A stretch of DNA of 64,000 nucleotides from the NCBI GenBank assembly GCA_963675665.1, contig OY776510.1, positions 3,072,001 to 3,136,000 on the forward strand. The letters are read 5' to 3'. The number at the start of each line of letters is the position of its first letter. The first letter of the stretch is position 1. The DNA comes from Spirochaetia bacterium (GTDB lineage: Bacteria; Spirochaetota; Spirochaetia; UBA9216). A model generated the notes under the pieces. It was given only the letters and a program-made list of their open reading frames with translations, searched no databases and was not told where the DNA came from. Of this stretch, positions 50,121 through 60,644 are shown piece after piece. The position numbers and the translations under genes are program-made.

Positions 50121-51669
50121 ATAAATTAAATCCTGATAAATAATTGAGGGCTTTATCAATAATATAGTATGCTTTATTTTGTACTTCTGATCCGGTTTTA
50201 TAAGAATAATGTCTTTTAAACTCAAGAAGCTCAGGTAAAAAAAGATTATTAAAAACCGGGTTATTCAGTATATTGAAAATAAACATACCTGAATCATTTT
50301 CTTTTATATCGCCAAGTAAAGAAGTAAGAGAATTCCTGAAATGTCGAAGGCAGTTGTCAACAAGATCCTGTTTCTGCAACAGGGAACTATTACTGACTTT
50401 CTTAAGGTTGATTTTGCAATTTATATCAAGAAGCTGTTCTGCCTCTTTATAGCCGATATTTGTAAATGATCCGGGGGGCTTTGTATGATAGTTTAGAAAA
50501 AAGACTCTGCTGCTGAACCTGGAACTGTTTGCAGCAAACCAGCCGGAATAAACTTTCAAAGCATGTGTGATTCTTCTTGATTCATCAACAGGTTTTGAGT
50601 TGATTATATTACGCCTATAGTAGATATCAGTTAACGGGAAAGTTCTGGAACTGTTTTGTTCAATAAAATTTTCAAAGCTATGCGGTCTGACATGGCTGAG
50701 CAAGTCAATGAAAGAAAAATCAAGACCGCTTAAAAAAACAGGACCGGATGAATATTTAAATGAATAAAAAAGAGCGCTTCCGGCAACAGTACCGTTGGAC
50801 GGAAGATTTATAAACAGATTAGTATTACAAAGAAGGGGTGCATCAAGGAAGTAGTTCTGAGAAACAGGAATAGTAATATTATCGAAAAAGGTATGAGGAA
50901 CTGAAGCAGAGTAGGGCAGTATCAAAGGATAGCTTTCAAATCCTGCAAGATGCAGTTTCGCCCAATAGCCGGGATCTGTTGAAATAATAAGATTCGGACG
51001 GATTTCATGAAATCTTAAATAATGTAAAGCCGACGGTAGTGCAAGAAGAATAAATCTGTCCCGATTCTTTTTAATAAAATCAATGTCGTTCTCAAGGTTT
51101 GGTCCTGAGCCTGCAACAACAACAGGATGATTGGTTCTGTCAATAGAGTAAGAATCTGCAGATATACTAAAATTTTTAATATAATTCGAAAACATGCGTT
51201 TTCCAAACCCCGAAGTGGTTGTTATATTTCCGTGTAATTCTCTTAAAAACCCCCACAAACAGGATTTAAGCCAGTCTGATAATTCCGTGAAATGATTAAG
51301 AGACGGCGGCCAGCTTATTATCTTCAATCCCTCAACATCAGTTTCTTTTATATATTCCCTGATTTTGTTAATATAAGCAGGATTGGCGCTGTCAACGAGC
51401 AAAGAGAAATCGGAGCTCGGGGATTCCCTGATAAAGAAGTCGTTAACAAAATGAATGGAAATAATTTTTGAGTTTGGTATGTTTTTTTTTATAACCCCGG
51501 CGAGATAATTCAGACAAGGTTCAATGAGGATAAATGTACTGTAGTTTTCAAGTTTATTTTTTTTAAAAAACTTGACAGCCTCATTAACCGGAGAATAAGC
51601 AGAATGCATGTATTTGTCAGAAAGCCTGGCGGTAGGAAAACCGCTTTTACTGCTCTCAATTTCTATCAT
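50110..51669 (-). CDS. Second Maf/DUF115 (MptE-like) protein
   Basis: MHSAYSPVNEA, GSGPNL, STDPG, NGTVAG, GLDF. Confidence 0.8.
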   Translation of the reverse strand: MIEIESSKSGFPTARLSDKYMHSAYSPVNEAVKFFKKNKLENYSTFILIEPCLNYLAGVIKKNIPNSKIISIHFVNDFFIRESPSSDFSLLVDSANPAYINKIREYIKETDVEGLKIISWPPSLNHFTELSDWLKSCLWGFLRELHGNITTTSGFGKRMFSNYIKNFSISADSYSIDRTNHPVVVAGSGPNLENDIDFIKKNRDRFILLALPSALHYLRFHEIRPNLIISTDPGYWAKLHLAGFESYPLILPYSASVPHTFFDNITIPVSQNYFLDAPLLCNTNLFINLPSNGTVAGSALFYSFKYSSGPVFLSGLDFSFIDLLSHVRPHSFENFIEQNSSRTFPLTDIYYRRNIINSKPVDESRRITHALKVYSGWFAANSSRFSSRVFFLNYHTKPPGSFTNIGYKEAEQLLDINCKINLKKVSNSSLLQKQDLVDNCLRHFRNSLTSLLGDIKENDSGMFIFNILNNPVFNNLFLPELLEFKRHYSYKTGSEVQNKAYYIIDKALNYLSGFNLYDG

Positions 51670-52887
51670 AGATTTTCAATAACAAAATCATTTATTCTAT
51701 CTGCAAGATCTTCTCCCACCGTTTGAATCTCATTTACAACGATTTTTGGTTTATTAAAAATCTTGCTTTTATCGAAAAGGGAAAGAAGACTTGCAGTCAT
51801 CTGATTTTCGATGATTGAATTATTACTTGTCAGGCCAGACAGAAATACAATAACAATCCGGCACTCTGTAATTTTTATTATAAAACTGGAACCGAAAAGC
51901 ATAGAGTTGTACATGCTGAAAATATTGTTTTCAACTATAAAATGATCAATGGTTTCATCGTTTTCAATAAGTGTATCTATTATATCCTTATAATCAATAA
52001 AAATTATTTTAGTATTTTCAAAAGTTTTATCTGAAAACTTTGCAAGTCTGCCTGTAAGAGTTTCATGAAAAGATTCAACGGTTATTGGAGGATCAACAGG
52101 TTTGGGCAGAGTATTAATAATTCTGGAACGGCTGTTATAAAAAAATTCTGAACTTTTCCTGGTAAACAGTGATGCAAAATCTTTAAACTTTGGGTTTTCA
52201 GAGGTTGTTGAATTAAAAAGTAGAAGAAGACCGAAAATAATATCATGATAGCTGATAAGCATTATATCAATATTTTCAATGGTATCCCAGAGCCGCTTGG
52301 AGAGATATTTCTTGAAAATATTTTTTGATATACCCGAATATATTTCACTCCCGCTGAAAACAAGATTGTTTTCCTGTATATATTTAAGTTCAATTCTGCA
52401 TCTTCTGAGACTCGTTTCATCTATTCCGAGAGATGCGAATGGTATGAATAAATTCGAATCACTTTCAAAAGTAAGGAAAAGCCCGGAATTGAAATTAAAA
52501 GAATGTATTGCAATTGAAAAAATTTGTGACGGTAAATCCATCCCTGTAGTAATAGCATTAAAACTATTTGTAAGAAGATTGTAGTCGGGCTGCCAGGGGG
52601 TGTCTTTTTCATCATTGATAAAATCAGGAAGTCCCTCAATCTCTGATTCGTCCGGCAACTCTGCTTCAGGTAGTTCTGCAAGCTCTTCAGGTAGTTCTGC
52701 AAGCTCTTCTTCATTTTTTTTATCATCGCGATTTTCTTCTGAAGAGGGAAGAATAATGTCGAGATCAATTATATCGTTTCTGTTTTCGGAAAAATCAGGA
52801 AGATCCGGCGGAATAATAATCTGTTCTTCTGCAATTAATTCTGTAGAAGAGGCTTCGTTAAATGAACTTTTTTTTTTTTGTCGTCAA
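51666..52887 (-). CDS. Hypothetical protein with acidic N-terminus and GAF-like region; 5' end uncertain (A12 frameshift or TTG start at 52658)
   Basis: Frame stays open and protein-like from 52658 to about 52883; TTG at 52887 is 1 nt out of frame across A12. Confidence 0.55.
52664..52709. repeat. 21-bp tandem repeat (2.2 copies), encodes EELAELP x2
   Basis: cttcaggtagttctgcaagct repeated at 52664 and 52685. Confidence 0.9.
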
Positions 52888-52890
52888 GAT

Positions 52891-52915
52891 GGAGAGCTCT
52901 GTTAAGGAGCCCTCC
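52891..52915 (-). terminator. Hairpin downstream of the acidic-protein gene
   Basis: ggagggctc-cttaaca-gagctctcc on minus strand; no U-tract. Confidence 0.4.
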
Positions 52916-52935
52916 GGAAGTATATTTAGTAATCA

Positions 52936-55566
52936 TTATGGTTTTAACCCCAGTTCATCAAATAATTTTTTATAGACATCAAAATGTTCAGATTTGGCAA
53001 ATTCTTCGATTTTATCGTCAGGAAGTGATTCAAGGAGGTGGTCCATATATGACAAAACGGACTTAATCTCGGTTTTAAGATCATCAGGTAATGTGGATAA
53101 TGCGTCTTCTTCAGAATCCGGGACATCAACTGAATCAGTTTCCACTTCTTCTTCATCTTCAATAGATATCATTTCACCATCAAGCTCAATTTCATTATTT
53201 GGTGTTTCAATAATATCCGTTCCGTCGTCTTCAATATTCTTTAAATCATCAAAAGCGGGGTCTGAAAGATCCAGTTCATCATCAAAATCAGGATTTTCGA
53301 CCGAGATTCCTTCTTCTTCAACCGCAATATCATCAAGAGAAGATGCGTCGAAACTAATTTCTTCATCAAGAGACAGGTCATCTATATTTTCATCGTCAAA
53401 TGAAGGGGGTGCAAGAGTTTCCCCGCCTAATGAGGGTATTTCCCCGGAGTAAGCATCTGATTCAAGGTCTAATTCCTCAATATCGTTGATTTCATCGGAC
53501 ATCTCAGGTTCTTCATCAAGAGACGGGATATCTTCAAGCTCAAGTTCTTCATCGATATCTATATCCTCATCAAGTTCAAGTTCTTCATCAAGTTCAAAGC
53601 TGATTTCATCATCTGTGCTTTGCGTATCATCATCAATAGAAATATCATCTTCGAGAGTTATTTCATCGGATATATCAGGTCCTTCTTCAAGAGACGGGAT
53701 ATCTTCAAGATTAAGTTCCTCATCTATGTCGATTTCATCCTCAAGTTCAAGTTCCTCTTCGAGGTCAATGTCCAATTCATCTTCTACACCTGAAGTATCA
53801 TTTTCAGATACAACCTCCGCAGAAATTTCCTCTTCAAGGGTGATTTCATCGGATATCTCAGGTTCTTCATCAAAAGTGGAGATATCTTCAAGATCAAGTT
53901 CCTCGTCTATGTCGATTTCATCCTCAAGTTCAAGTTCTTCTTCAAGGTTTATGTCAAGATCATCATCTGTAAATGCAACATCATCCTCAGATTCATCAAA
54001 TGAAATTTCTTCGATATCGCCGGATTCATCATCAAGGGAAATTTCGTCTTCAAGTGTTATTTCATCGGAGATTTCAGGTTCTTCATCAAGAGACGGGATA
54101 TCTTCAAGATTAAGTTCCTCATCTATGTCGATTTCATCATCAAGTTCAAGTTCTTCTTCCAGATTGATGTCAAGATCATCATCAGTAAATGCAACATCAT
54201 CCTCAGATTCATCAATTGAAATTTCTTCGATATCGCCGGATTCATCATCAAGAGAAATCTCGTCTTCAAGGGTTATTTCATCGGATATCTCAGGTTCTAC
54301 ATCAAGGTCAAGATCGCTATCCATGTCAGGAACATCATCTGAAGGAGTTTCTTCGATTAATGAAAGGTCTGAATCCGGCTCTTCGTCAAATGTAATATCA
54401 TCTTCAGTAATTATTTCATCTTCGATTGAAGCAATTTCATCAGCGGGTTCATCTATGCCGACTTCTTCATCAAAACTGATATCATCAAAGGATGAAAGAT
54501 CGGTATCACTATCAGAAGAATCCTCATCTTCGGCAATATCATCTTCAATAAAAGATAATTCTTCCTCTAAAGGTGTTTCTTCGGTTTCAGTCTGGTTAAA
54601 TCCGGACAAGAGTTCTTCAGTATCGTTCTGGTTAAAATCATCGCTTTCAATATTGTCGTCGTTTAAGAGTGCTTCGACATCAGTATCAGTGATGTCCTCG
54701 GAAGCGAAGGGGGCTTCCGGTTCAGCTTCGTCAAAATCAACTTCAAAATTATTGAGAATATCTTCTTCAGGAGCTTCGGATACTGTTCCGCTTTCTTCAG
54801 TTATATCAGCAGTATTAAGAATATTATCAAGCTCATCTCCGGTGAGTGCAATAGTTTCATCTTCATCGTCTTCAAAAAAACCTGTCAGGTCTTCACCGGC
54901 AGGTTCCTGTGGTGTTCTGTCTGTTGTTTTAAGAGAAGATAATTCATTTTTAAGTTCAGAAAGATCCTGTTTTATAGAAAGAAGTTCTTCTTCGATTTTC
55001 AGGAGAATGGAACGGGAAGAACCCTGTTCAATATCTTCGGAAGAAATAGTTTCGGATAAATTATCGATACTGTCAGTTACACTGGATTCAACTTCAGAAA
55101 GATCTGCTTCAAGAGCATCAAGATCAGAAAACTCATCTGAAGGTTTAGAAAGAAATTCAGTATCTTCATCAGAGATGTCGTCAAAGGAATCTTCAAAAGA
55201 ATTTTCATCGATTATGTCATTTTCTGTTTCGGCTTCAGGAAGGGTCATGTCGCTTATGTCATCAAAGGAAATATCATCATCGGATGATTCATCGATTTCT
55301 GTTTCAGAAATAGTATCTTCAAGCGAACCAAGCAATTCCTCTTCTTCGTCTGTAAGAAGCTCCTCAGTGTCTTCGTCTTCGGAATTGAGATCTTCAAGAA
55401 TGAAATCGGCTGAGTCGGCAGATTCAGCTTCTTCAACGTCTTCAGGTCCTGTTTTAACCCAAACGCCGTATTTTTCAAGATCGTTATCAGTATTTTTGAT
55501 ATCAGAAGAACCTATATTGTCATCCAGTTCATCAATAGAAAGATCAATATCATCAAAATCGGACAT
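52936..55566 (-). CDS. 876-aa hyper-acidic low-complexity repeat protein with short ordered motifs
   Basis: RBS aggag; LEKYGVWVK motif, coiled coil, ETIALTGDELDNILNTAD, C-terminal helical domain LKTEIKSVLSYMDHLLESLPDDKIEEFAKSEHF. Confidence 0.85.
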   Translation of the reverse strand: MSDFDDIDLSIDELDDNIGSSDIKNTDNDLEKYGVWVKTGPEDVEEAESADSADFILEDLNSEDEDTEELLTDEEEELLGSLEDTISETEIDESSDDDISFDDISDMTLPEAETENDIIDENSFEDSFDDISDEDTEFLSKPSDEFSDLDALEADLSEVESSVTDSIDNLSETISSEDIEQGSSRSILLKIEEELLSIKQDLSELKNELSSLKTTDRTPQEPAGEDLTGFFEDDEDETIALTGDELDNILNTADITEESGTVSEAPEEDILNNFEVDFDEAEPEAPFASEDITDTDVEALLNDDNIESDDFNQNDTEELLSGFNQTETEETPLEEELSFIEDDIAEDEDSSDSDTDLSSFDDISFDEEVGIDEPADEIASIEDEIITEDDITFDEEPDSDLSLIEETPSDDVPDMDSDLDLDVEPEISDEITLEDEISLDDESGDIEEISIDESEDDVAFTDDDLDINLEEELELDDEIDIDEELNLEDIPSLDEEPEISDEITLEDEISLDDESGDIEEISFDESEDDVAFTDDDLDINLEEELELEDEIDIDEELDLEDISTFDEEPEISDEITLEEEISAEVVSENDTSGVEDELDIDLEEELELEDEIDIDEELNLEDIPSLEEGPDISDEITLEDDISIDDDTQSTDDEISFELDEELELDEDIDIDEELELEDIPSLDEEPEMSDEINDIEELDLESDAYSGEIPSLGGETLAPPSFDDENIDDLSLDEEISFDASSLDDIAVEEEGISVENPDFDDELDLSDPAFDDLKNIEDDGTDIIETPNNEIELDGEMISIEDEEEVETDSVDVPDSEEDALSTLPDDLKTEIKSVLSYMDHLLESLPDDKIEEFAKSEHFDVYKKLFDELGLKP
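53490..54300. repeat. Intragenic tandem repeats, units of 216, 216, 183 and 171 bp
   Basis: Unit boundaries (EPEISDEI codons) at 54293, 54077, 53861, 53678 and 53507. Confidence 0.85.
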
Positions 55567-55709
55567 TCTCTACTCCTGCAAATAAATCGCTGGTAATATT
55601 ATCGGCAGCAAATTGCAATTAATAAATTATAAACATATTATAACAGATAAGAAAGTTGATTTCATCATAAAGACTCAAGAAAGGCATAAAAACCGCCGTT
55701 ATTGCATAT

Positions 55710-56147
55710 ATGAAGGCTATTATCAGGATATCAGTTTCGGCGTATATAACCCTTTTTTGTTTCATTATTCTGAACATAATCTGGGGCAGCTGCGGAGTTA
55801 TTTCATATAACGAACTCAGTAAATATAAAGATACGCTTGAAACAAATATATATGATTTGGAAGATATAAACGGCAATCTTGTGCTTGATTCGGAAAAACT
55901 AATCAGCCGGCCTGATGATATAAAGATTCAGGCAAGGGAAATAGGGTGGATTGCTGAAAATGAGGGTCTTATACAGGTAAGAGGATACAAAACGAATAAA
56001 ACCGGATATTCTATGGGAAAATTGTTAAGCAGCGAAAAAGGTAAACGAACTGACAACAGAAACAATATGATTATTGCCTTACTTGTAGGGGTTTCAATTT
56101 ACATTTTCAGCGGTTTCTTTAATGGTTTTAGATTAAAAGATAAATAA
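55710..56147 (+). CDS. Septum formation initiator (FtsB/DivIC-like)
   Basis: TM + G..G...Y + coiled coil + IKIQAREIGWIAENE. Confidence 0.75.
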   Translation: MKAIIRISVSAYITLFCFIILNIIWGSCGVISYNELSKYKDTLETNIYDLEDINGNLVLDSEKLISRPDDIKIQAREIGWIAENEGLIQVRGYKTNKTGYSMGKLLSSEKGKRTDNRNNMIIALLVGVSIYIFSGFFNGFRLKDK

Positions 56148-56204
56148 TTAATAAAAAAACGAAATTAATTGGATTTTTGCTTACTAATCCACTACAGTTA
56201 TTAA

Positions 56205-56279
56205 TGGCAACACTTTCTCCTGTGAACGTGGAAGCAAGGATAAACGTCGGGCACAGCTTCCACGTTCGCTTTTCATTTT
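56205..56279 (+). ncRNA. Candidate small RNA (or only a terminator)
   Basis: TTGGAT-18-TACAGT upstream; single-stranded UUUCUCCU; 14-bp stem 56222-56235/56256-56269 followed by U-rich tail. Confidence 0.35.
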
Positions 56280-56289
56280 AAGCTTAAAA

Positions 56290-57624
56290 TTATCTGATCT
56301 TTCGTGATTCAACATAAAATCTTTTTTCAAACGCTTCACCCATTGAGAATGTTTTACGCGGAAAAGCTCCGTCGTCTATGACTGTTTGAAAGAAAGTGTC
56401 CTTTTCAATCGACGGAAGAAAAACTCCAATATTTCCGTCCTTTTCTCCAAGTTCATCTGTAACATCAATGCCATGAATATAATCTACCGATGCATCCGTT
56501 ATTTGCTTCAGGTAATTGTCTATATGGTTTTGTATAGTTCCTGCTATTATGGAACTTTCAGGATTCAATGCTTCAATTATTCCATAGCCTTTGCTGGTCC
56601 GGTATCCGCAAATTTGACGTTTTCCGGGGTTGTTTATTATCTCCAGAATCCCGGGAAGATTATCAAGCTCTGAAATCCTGAAATCCGGGTTATTTTTCAA
56701 TCCGGAAAGAAAAGTATCAGGAGAAGCATTGAAGAGTACCCGGTGAATAGCTTCAAATTGAATACCATCCGAGAAAATATTTACCAGTTCAACAAGTGCC
56801 CATCGGGAAGGGTGACTCATATATTCCGGATTGCCGCTGTTTTTCTTCTTATAGTTTTCCCATATGGTTTTGGCTGTAGCCAGTGAATGATTTCCGTCTC
56901 CCATAGCAAAAACAAAGGCCTTATCGCTTTTATATTTATCTTGAAGTGTCTCCTGTGAGCTGAGGGTTTCGACAGCTTTAGAAATCAAGGCTATATGTTT
57001 TTCGGAATTGACCCTGTATCCCGTCAAATGACCGCTGTCCATCATCAAATCAAAATCATACACTTTTTGAAATTCGGAAAGTTTTGCAGTTAAAGGTTCG
57101 ATAAGCGTTTTTTCAGGATCATCAATAAGAACCATAATGTGCGGAAGTTCCAGTACGGCATTTTTACGTATTTTTACCCTGGGAGGAATCCGATCAAGTA
57201 TTGTTCCTTCTGTTGCCCTGATAAGACTGTTTGAATCCACACTGAAATCATATTGCTCCAAATCCAGAGCCGCCACCAGTCCCCACCGGGGTTTTGCGTC
57301 GGGAATCTCGCGTTTTACAAGAATAAAACCGGAAACGGGGTCACTTAATACAGATTCTGAAATATACCGTCTCATTGTCCTGTTTATATTCTCAATTCTT
57401 TTTTCAGGTTCTGCTTCTTCAAGATAGCATTCCGGGAATATCAGGTTGAGAGTAGAAGGAACGCCATTTGTCAGCTCTTCAACTTTTTTCCAGTAATCCA
57501 GTTGTGAGGTATACTGATCGCATGCTATTACAGCCCATCGGCTCATATCAAATTCTGCAGCCGGAAGAAGAACCTCCGGTATCCGGATTCCCATTTTCTC
57601 AAGTTTGTTTCTGTACTCTGTCAT
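56290..57624 (-). CDS. DUF1015 family protein
   Basis: WAVIACDQYTS, IRATEGTI..RIPPR, MGDGNHSLATAK, PRKTFSMGEA. Confidence 0.88.
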   Translation of the reverse strand: MTEYRNKLEKMGIRIPEVLLPAAEFDMSRWAVIACDQYTSQLDYWKKVEELTNGVPSTLNLIFPECYLEEAEPEKRIENINRTMRRYISESVLSDPVSGFILVKREIPDAKPRWGLVAALDLEQYDFSVDSNSLIRATEGTILDRIPPRVKIRKNAVLELPHIMVLIDDPEKTLIEPLTAKLSEFQKVYDFDLMMDSGHLTGYRVNSEKHIALISKAVETLSSQETLQDKYKSDKAFVFAMGDGNHSLATAKTIWENYKKKNSGNPEYMSHPSRWALVELVNIFSDGIQFEAIHRVLFNASPDTFLSGLKNNPDFRISELDNLPGILEIINNPGKRQICGYRTSKGYGIIEALNPESSIIAGTIQNHIDNYLKQITDASVDYIHGIDVTDELGEKDGNIGVFLPSIEKDTFFQTVIDDGAFPRKTFSMGEAFEKRFYVESRKIR

Positions 57625-57699
57625 GGGTTTATATTAATGAAAATTATAATTGTTGAATAGATCCTTTACAGCAGGAAACGCATCTGTTATTTTAATTCT

Positions 57700-58575
57700 G
57701 TGGGAAATAATACTGTCTATATTAACGTTGATTTTATGCCGCCTTCTGTGGAGCGTTTCTGTAAAGTTCCCAAGGCTGTGTCTGAAGCCGGTTATAATGA
57801 ACTGTGCATCAGAATGATTGATAATTTCCCATGGAGTTTCGACTGCAGAATGAAAAGCGATTCGGCTTATCCTGAAAACGTTGTTTCTTTTGTAGCAGAA
57901 GCCTGCGATGAAAAAGGTATTGCTTTTTCGCTGGTTTTTCCGGGTTTGTATGATTATGTAAGGCTAATAAGACTTAACGGGTATCGAAGACTGGCGTTGG
58001 ATGGGCCAGGTGTTCCGGGAATAAATACGGATGCTGTCGGTTTTTCACATTTAATTGAGACGATTACGGAAGATATGGTTTCATTATGCCCTCAGCTCGG
58101 TTGTTTTGTATTTGAAAATACAGATAAACCCGGGCAGGACTATTATTTAAAATGTTTAAAAGTAATTGAGTCATCAGGCGTGGGGACCAGAAAAAACACC
58201 GAAGAAAATGAATTTCATGTTGCCGAGTTTTTTATGACCGGAAATGATTCTGAATTGGGAACATCATTCAGAAAGCTTCAGGAAGTTATTGGAGATTTGG
58301 CCGGTTCGTTATATCAGATTCGACAATATATTGTAATGTCTTCATTGGGGACCCAGTTTCCGGCGGCCTCGGAGAAGGGAATTCACTTCGGATTTGAAGA
58401 GTTGCAGATGCAAAGAAAAGAGATCTTTTATAATTGTGACAGCTTCTCAAGGGCTGCATCGGGGCTGCTGGAGCCAGGCTGGCTTGAACATTATTGCAGG
58501 ACTATACAGCTGAATGCTGATGATGAAATATTTTCTGTTGAAAGAAGGTTGAGACAAACCGGCTTGCTTAAATGA
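57700..58575 (+). CDS. Hypothetical protein, N-terminus resembles a degenerate GH20-like TIM barrel
   Basis: GYNEL......FPW....AY......CDEKGI; promoter TTTACA-17-TATTTT-6-GTG. Confidence 0.55.
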   Translation: MGNNTVYINVDFMPPSVERFCKVPKAVSEAGYNELCIRMIDNFPWSFDCRMKSDSAYPENVVSFVAEACDEKGIAFSLVFPGLYDYVRLIRLNGYRRLALDGPGVPGINTDAVGFSHLIETITEDMVSLCPQLGCFVFENTDKPGQDYYLKCLKVIESSGVGTRKNTEENEFHVAEFFMTGNDSELGTSFRKLQEVIGDLAGSLYQIRQYIVMSSLGTQFPAASEKGIHFGFEELQMQRKEIFYNCDSFSRAASGLLEPGWLEHYCRTIQLNADDEIFSVERRLRQTGLLK

Positions 58576-58653
58576 TACTTCAGCTCTTGCAGTATTGCTA
58601 AAACAGGCTGAAAAGGTTATTCTCAACTACGTAAACTATCATTGGAGAAAGAG

Positions 58654-60489
58654 ATGAGTATACCATTAAGAAGTAACGATACAACCCAGGGGAGAAGAAT
58701 GGCAGGCGCACGCAGCCTGTGGCGGGCAAACGGAATGAAGCCGGAACATTTCGGGAAGCCGGTTATCGGAATCGCTAATTCTTTTACACAATTTGTTCCC
58801 GGGCATGTACATTTGCATGAAATCGGACAGAAGGTTAAAAAAATTATTGAGTCTAAAGGCTGTTTCGCCGCAGAGTTTAATACAATCGCAATTGACGACG
58901 GAATAGCGATGGGGCATACGGGTATGCTTTATTCGCTGCCTTCGCGAGAACTGATTGCAGACAGTGTGGAATATATGTGCAATGCCCACAGGGTTGATGC
59001 TCTTGTATGCATCAGCAATTGCGATAAAATCACTCCGGGTATGCTCATTGCATCAATGAGGTTGAATATTCCTGTCGTATTTGTGTCCGGCGGGCCGATG
59101 GAAGCCGGAAATGTTTCCGGCAAGGCAACCGATTTAATAGATGTTATGATCAAGGGCGGCGACAGCAGTGTTTCCGATGAGGAACTGGCTGAATTTGAAG
59201 AATTGAGCTGCCCGAGCTGTGGTTCATGTGCCGGAATGTTTACGGCAAATTCCATGAATTGTCTTAACGAAGCACTTGGGCTGGCGCTTCCGGGAAACGG
59301 CACTCTTGTTGCAACTCACAGTAATCGTTTCAATCTTTTTGAGAAAGCGGCAAATTTAATTGTAGAACTTGCGGACAGATATTATAACAAGGGAGACGAA
59401 AGCATTCTGCCGAAGAATATTCTGACAAAGCAGGTTTTCAAGAATGCCATGTCGCTTGATATTGCAATGGGCGGTTCAACAAATACTGTTCTTCATCTTC
59501 TTGCTGTAGCCAATGAAGCCGGTGTGGATTTTGGAATGGACGACATCGATGAGCTTTCACGAAAAGTTCCTTGTATTTCCAAGGTTGCTCCGAATTCTAA
59601 TTATCATATACAGGATGTTAACCGCGCTGGCGGAATCATGGGAATACTCGGAGAGCTCGATCGGGCAGGGCTTATTGATACAACCGTCGGAAGAGTAGAC
59701 TATCCAAGCCTGAAAGAAGCTCTTGATGAGTATGATATTATTCGAAAAAGTCATACTGAATATGCTGAAAAAATCTATCGAAGTTCAGCCGGAAACAAAG
59801 GCCGGAACCTTGTAATGGGTTCACAGTCTGAGTATTATGACCAGCTTGATATTGACCGGGCCGGCGGATGTATACGGAATTCGGAAAACTGCTATTATGC
59901 CGACGGCGGACTGGCTGTGCTTTTTGGCAATATTGCTGAAAAAGGATGCATCGTAAAAACTGCGGGTGTTGATCCATCGATAATGAAATTCTCCGGGACG
60001 GCCCGTGTATTTGAAAGTCAGGAAGATTCATGCGAAGGGATTCTGAACGGTGAAGTAAACGAAGGCGATATAGTGATTATACGTTACGAAGGACCAAAGG
60101 GCGGACCGGGCATGCAGGAAATGCTTTATCCTACTTCCTATCTTAAATCCAGAAAGATTGATAAGGAATGTGCCCTTCTTACTGACGGACGTTTCTCCGG
60201 TGGAACTTCGGGTCTTTCAATCGGTCATGCATCTCCCGAGGCGGCTGCCGGCGGGTTGATTGCGCTTGTTGAAAGCGGTGACAGGATAGAGATTGATATT
60301 CCGAAAAGAATAATCAGGCTTGATGTTGATGAAAAAATAATTGCTGAAAGAAGGAAAAAGGAAGAAGGAAGAGGTAAGGATGCTTATACTCCCAAAAACA
60401 GAAACCGTGTTATATCAAACGCATTGAAAGCATATTCTATCTTTGCTGCTTCGGCCGACAGGGGGGCTGTCAGAATCCTGCCTGATTAA
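58654..60489 (+). CDS. ilvD: Dihydroxy-acid dehydratase
   Basis: [50 protein letters not shown]. Confidence 0.97.
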   Translation: MSIPLRSNDTTQGRRMAGARSLWRANGMKPEHFGKPVIGIANSFTQFVPGHVHLHEIGQKVKKIIESKGCFAAEFNTIAIDDGIAMGHTGMLYSLPSRELIADSVEYMCNAHRVDALVCISNCDKITPGMLIASMRLNIPVVFVSGGPMEAGNVSGKATDLIDVMIKGGDSSVSDEELAEFEELSCPSCGSCAGMFTANSMNCLNEALGLALPGNGTLVATHSNRFNLFEKAANLIVELADRYYNKGDESILPKNILTKQVFKNAMSLDIAMGGSTNTVLHLLAVANEAGVDFGMDDIDELSRKVPCISKVAPNSNYHIQDVNRAGGIMGILGELDRAGLIDTTVGRVDYPSLKEALDEYDIIRKSHTEYAEKIYRSSAGNKGRNLVMGSQSEYYDQLDIDRAGGCIRNSENCYYADGGLAVLFGNIAEKGCIVKTAGVDPSIMKFSGTARVFESQEDSCEGILNGEVNEGDIVIIRYEGPKGGPGMQEMLYPTSYLKSRKIDKECALLTDGRFSGGTSGLSIGHASPEAAAGGLIALVESGDRIEIDIPKRIIRLDVDEKIIAERRKKEEGRGKDAYTPKNRNRVISNALKAYSIFAASADRGAVRILPD

Positions 60490-60504
60490 ATCCGTAATCA
60501 GGCA
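60479..60504. terminator. Hairpin spanning the stop codons of both convergent genes
   Basis: Perfect 10-bp inverted repeat tgcctgatta/taatcaggca. Confidence 0.5.
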
Positions 60505-60644
60505 CACAGCAGTTTTCTTCGGTATTGTTCAACCTTTCTTGCGGTAATAAGGGTCCTGCGCAGTTCTTCAAGCTCTGCAGGGTCCTCTTCTTTTTGAATA
60601 CTCTTTTCCAGAAACTGTATTAAATCGGTTATAGCGCTGTTCAT
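60498..60644 (-). CDS. 48-aa helical hypothetical protein (not in ORF track)
   Basis: Strong RBS aggagg; MNSAITDLIQFLEKSIQKEEDPAELEELRRTLITARKVEQYRRKLLCA. Confidence 0.65.
   Translation of the reverse strand: MNSAITDLIQFLEKSIQKEEDPAELEELRRTLITARKVEQYRRKLLCA

Noticed and set aside
53486-55585. 699-aa Ser-rich ORF on + strand
   Set aside because: Antisense shadow of the Asp/Glu-rich gene (GAT/GAA codons read as TCx on the other strand); no RBS or independent features.
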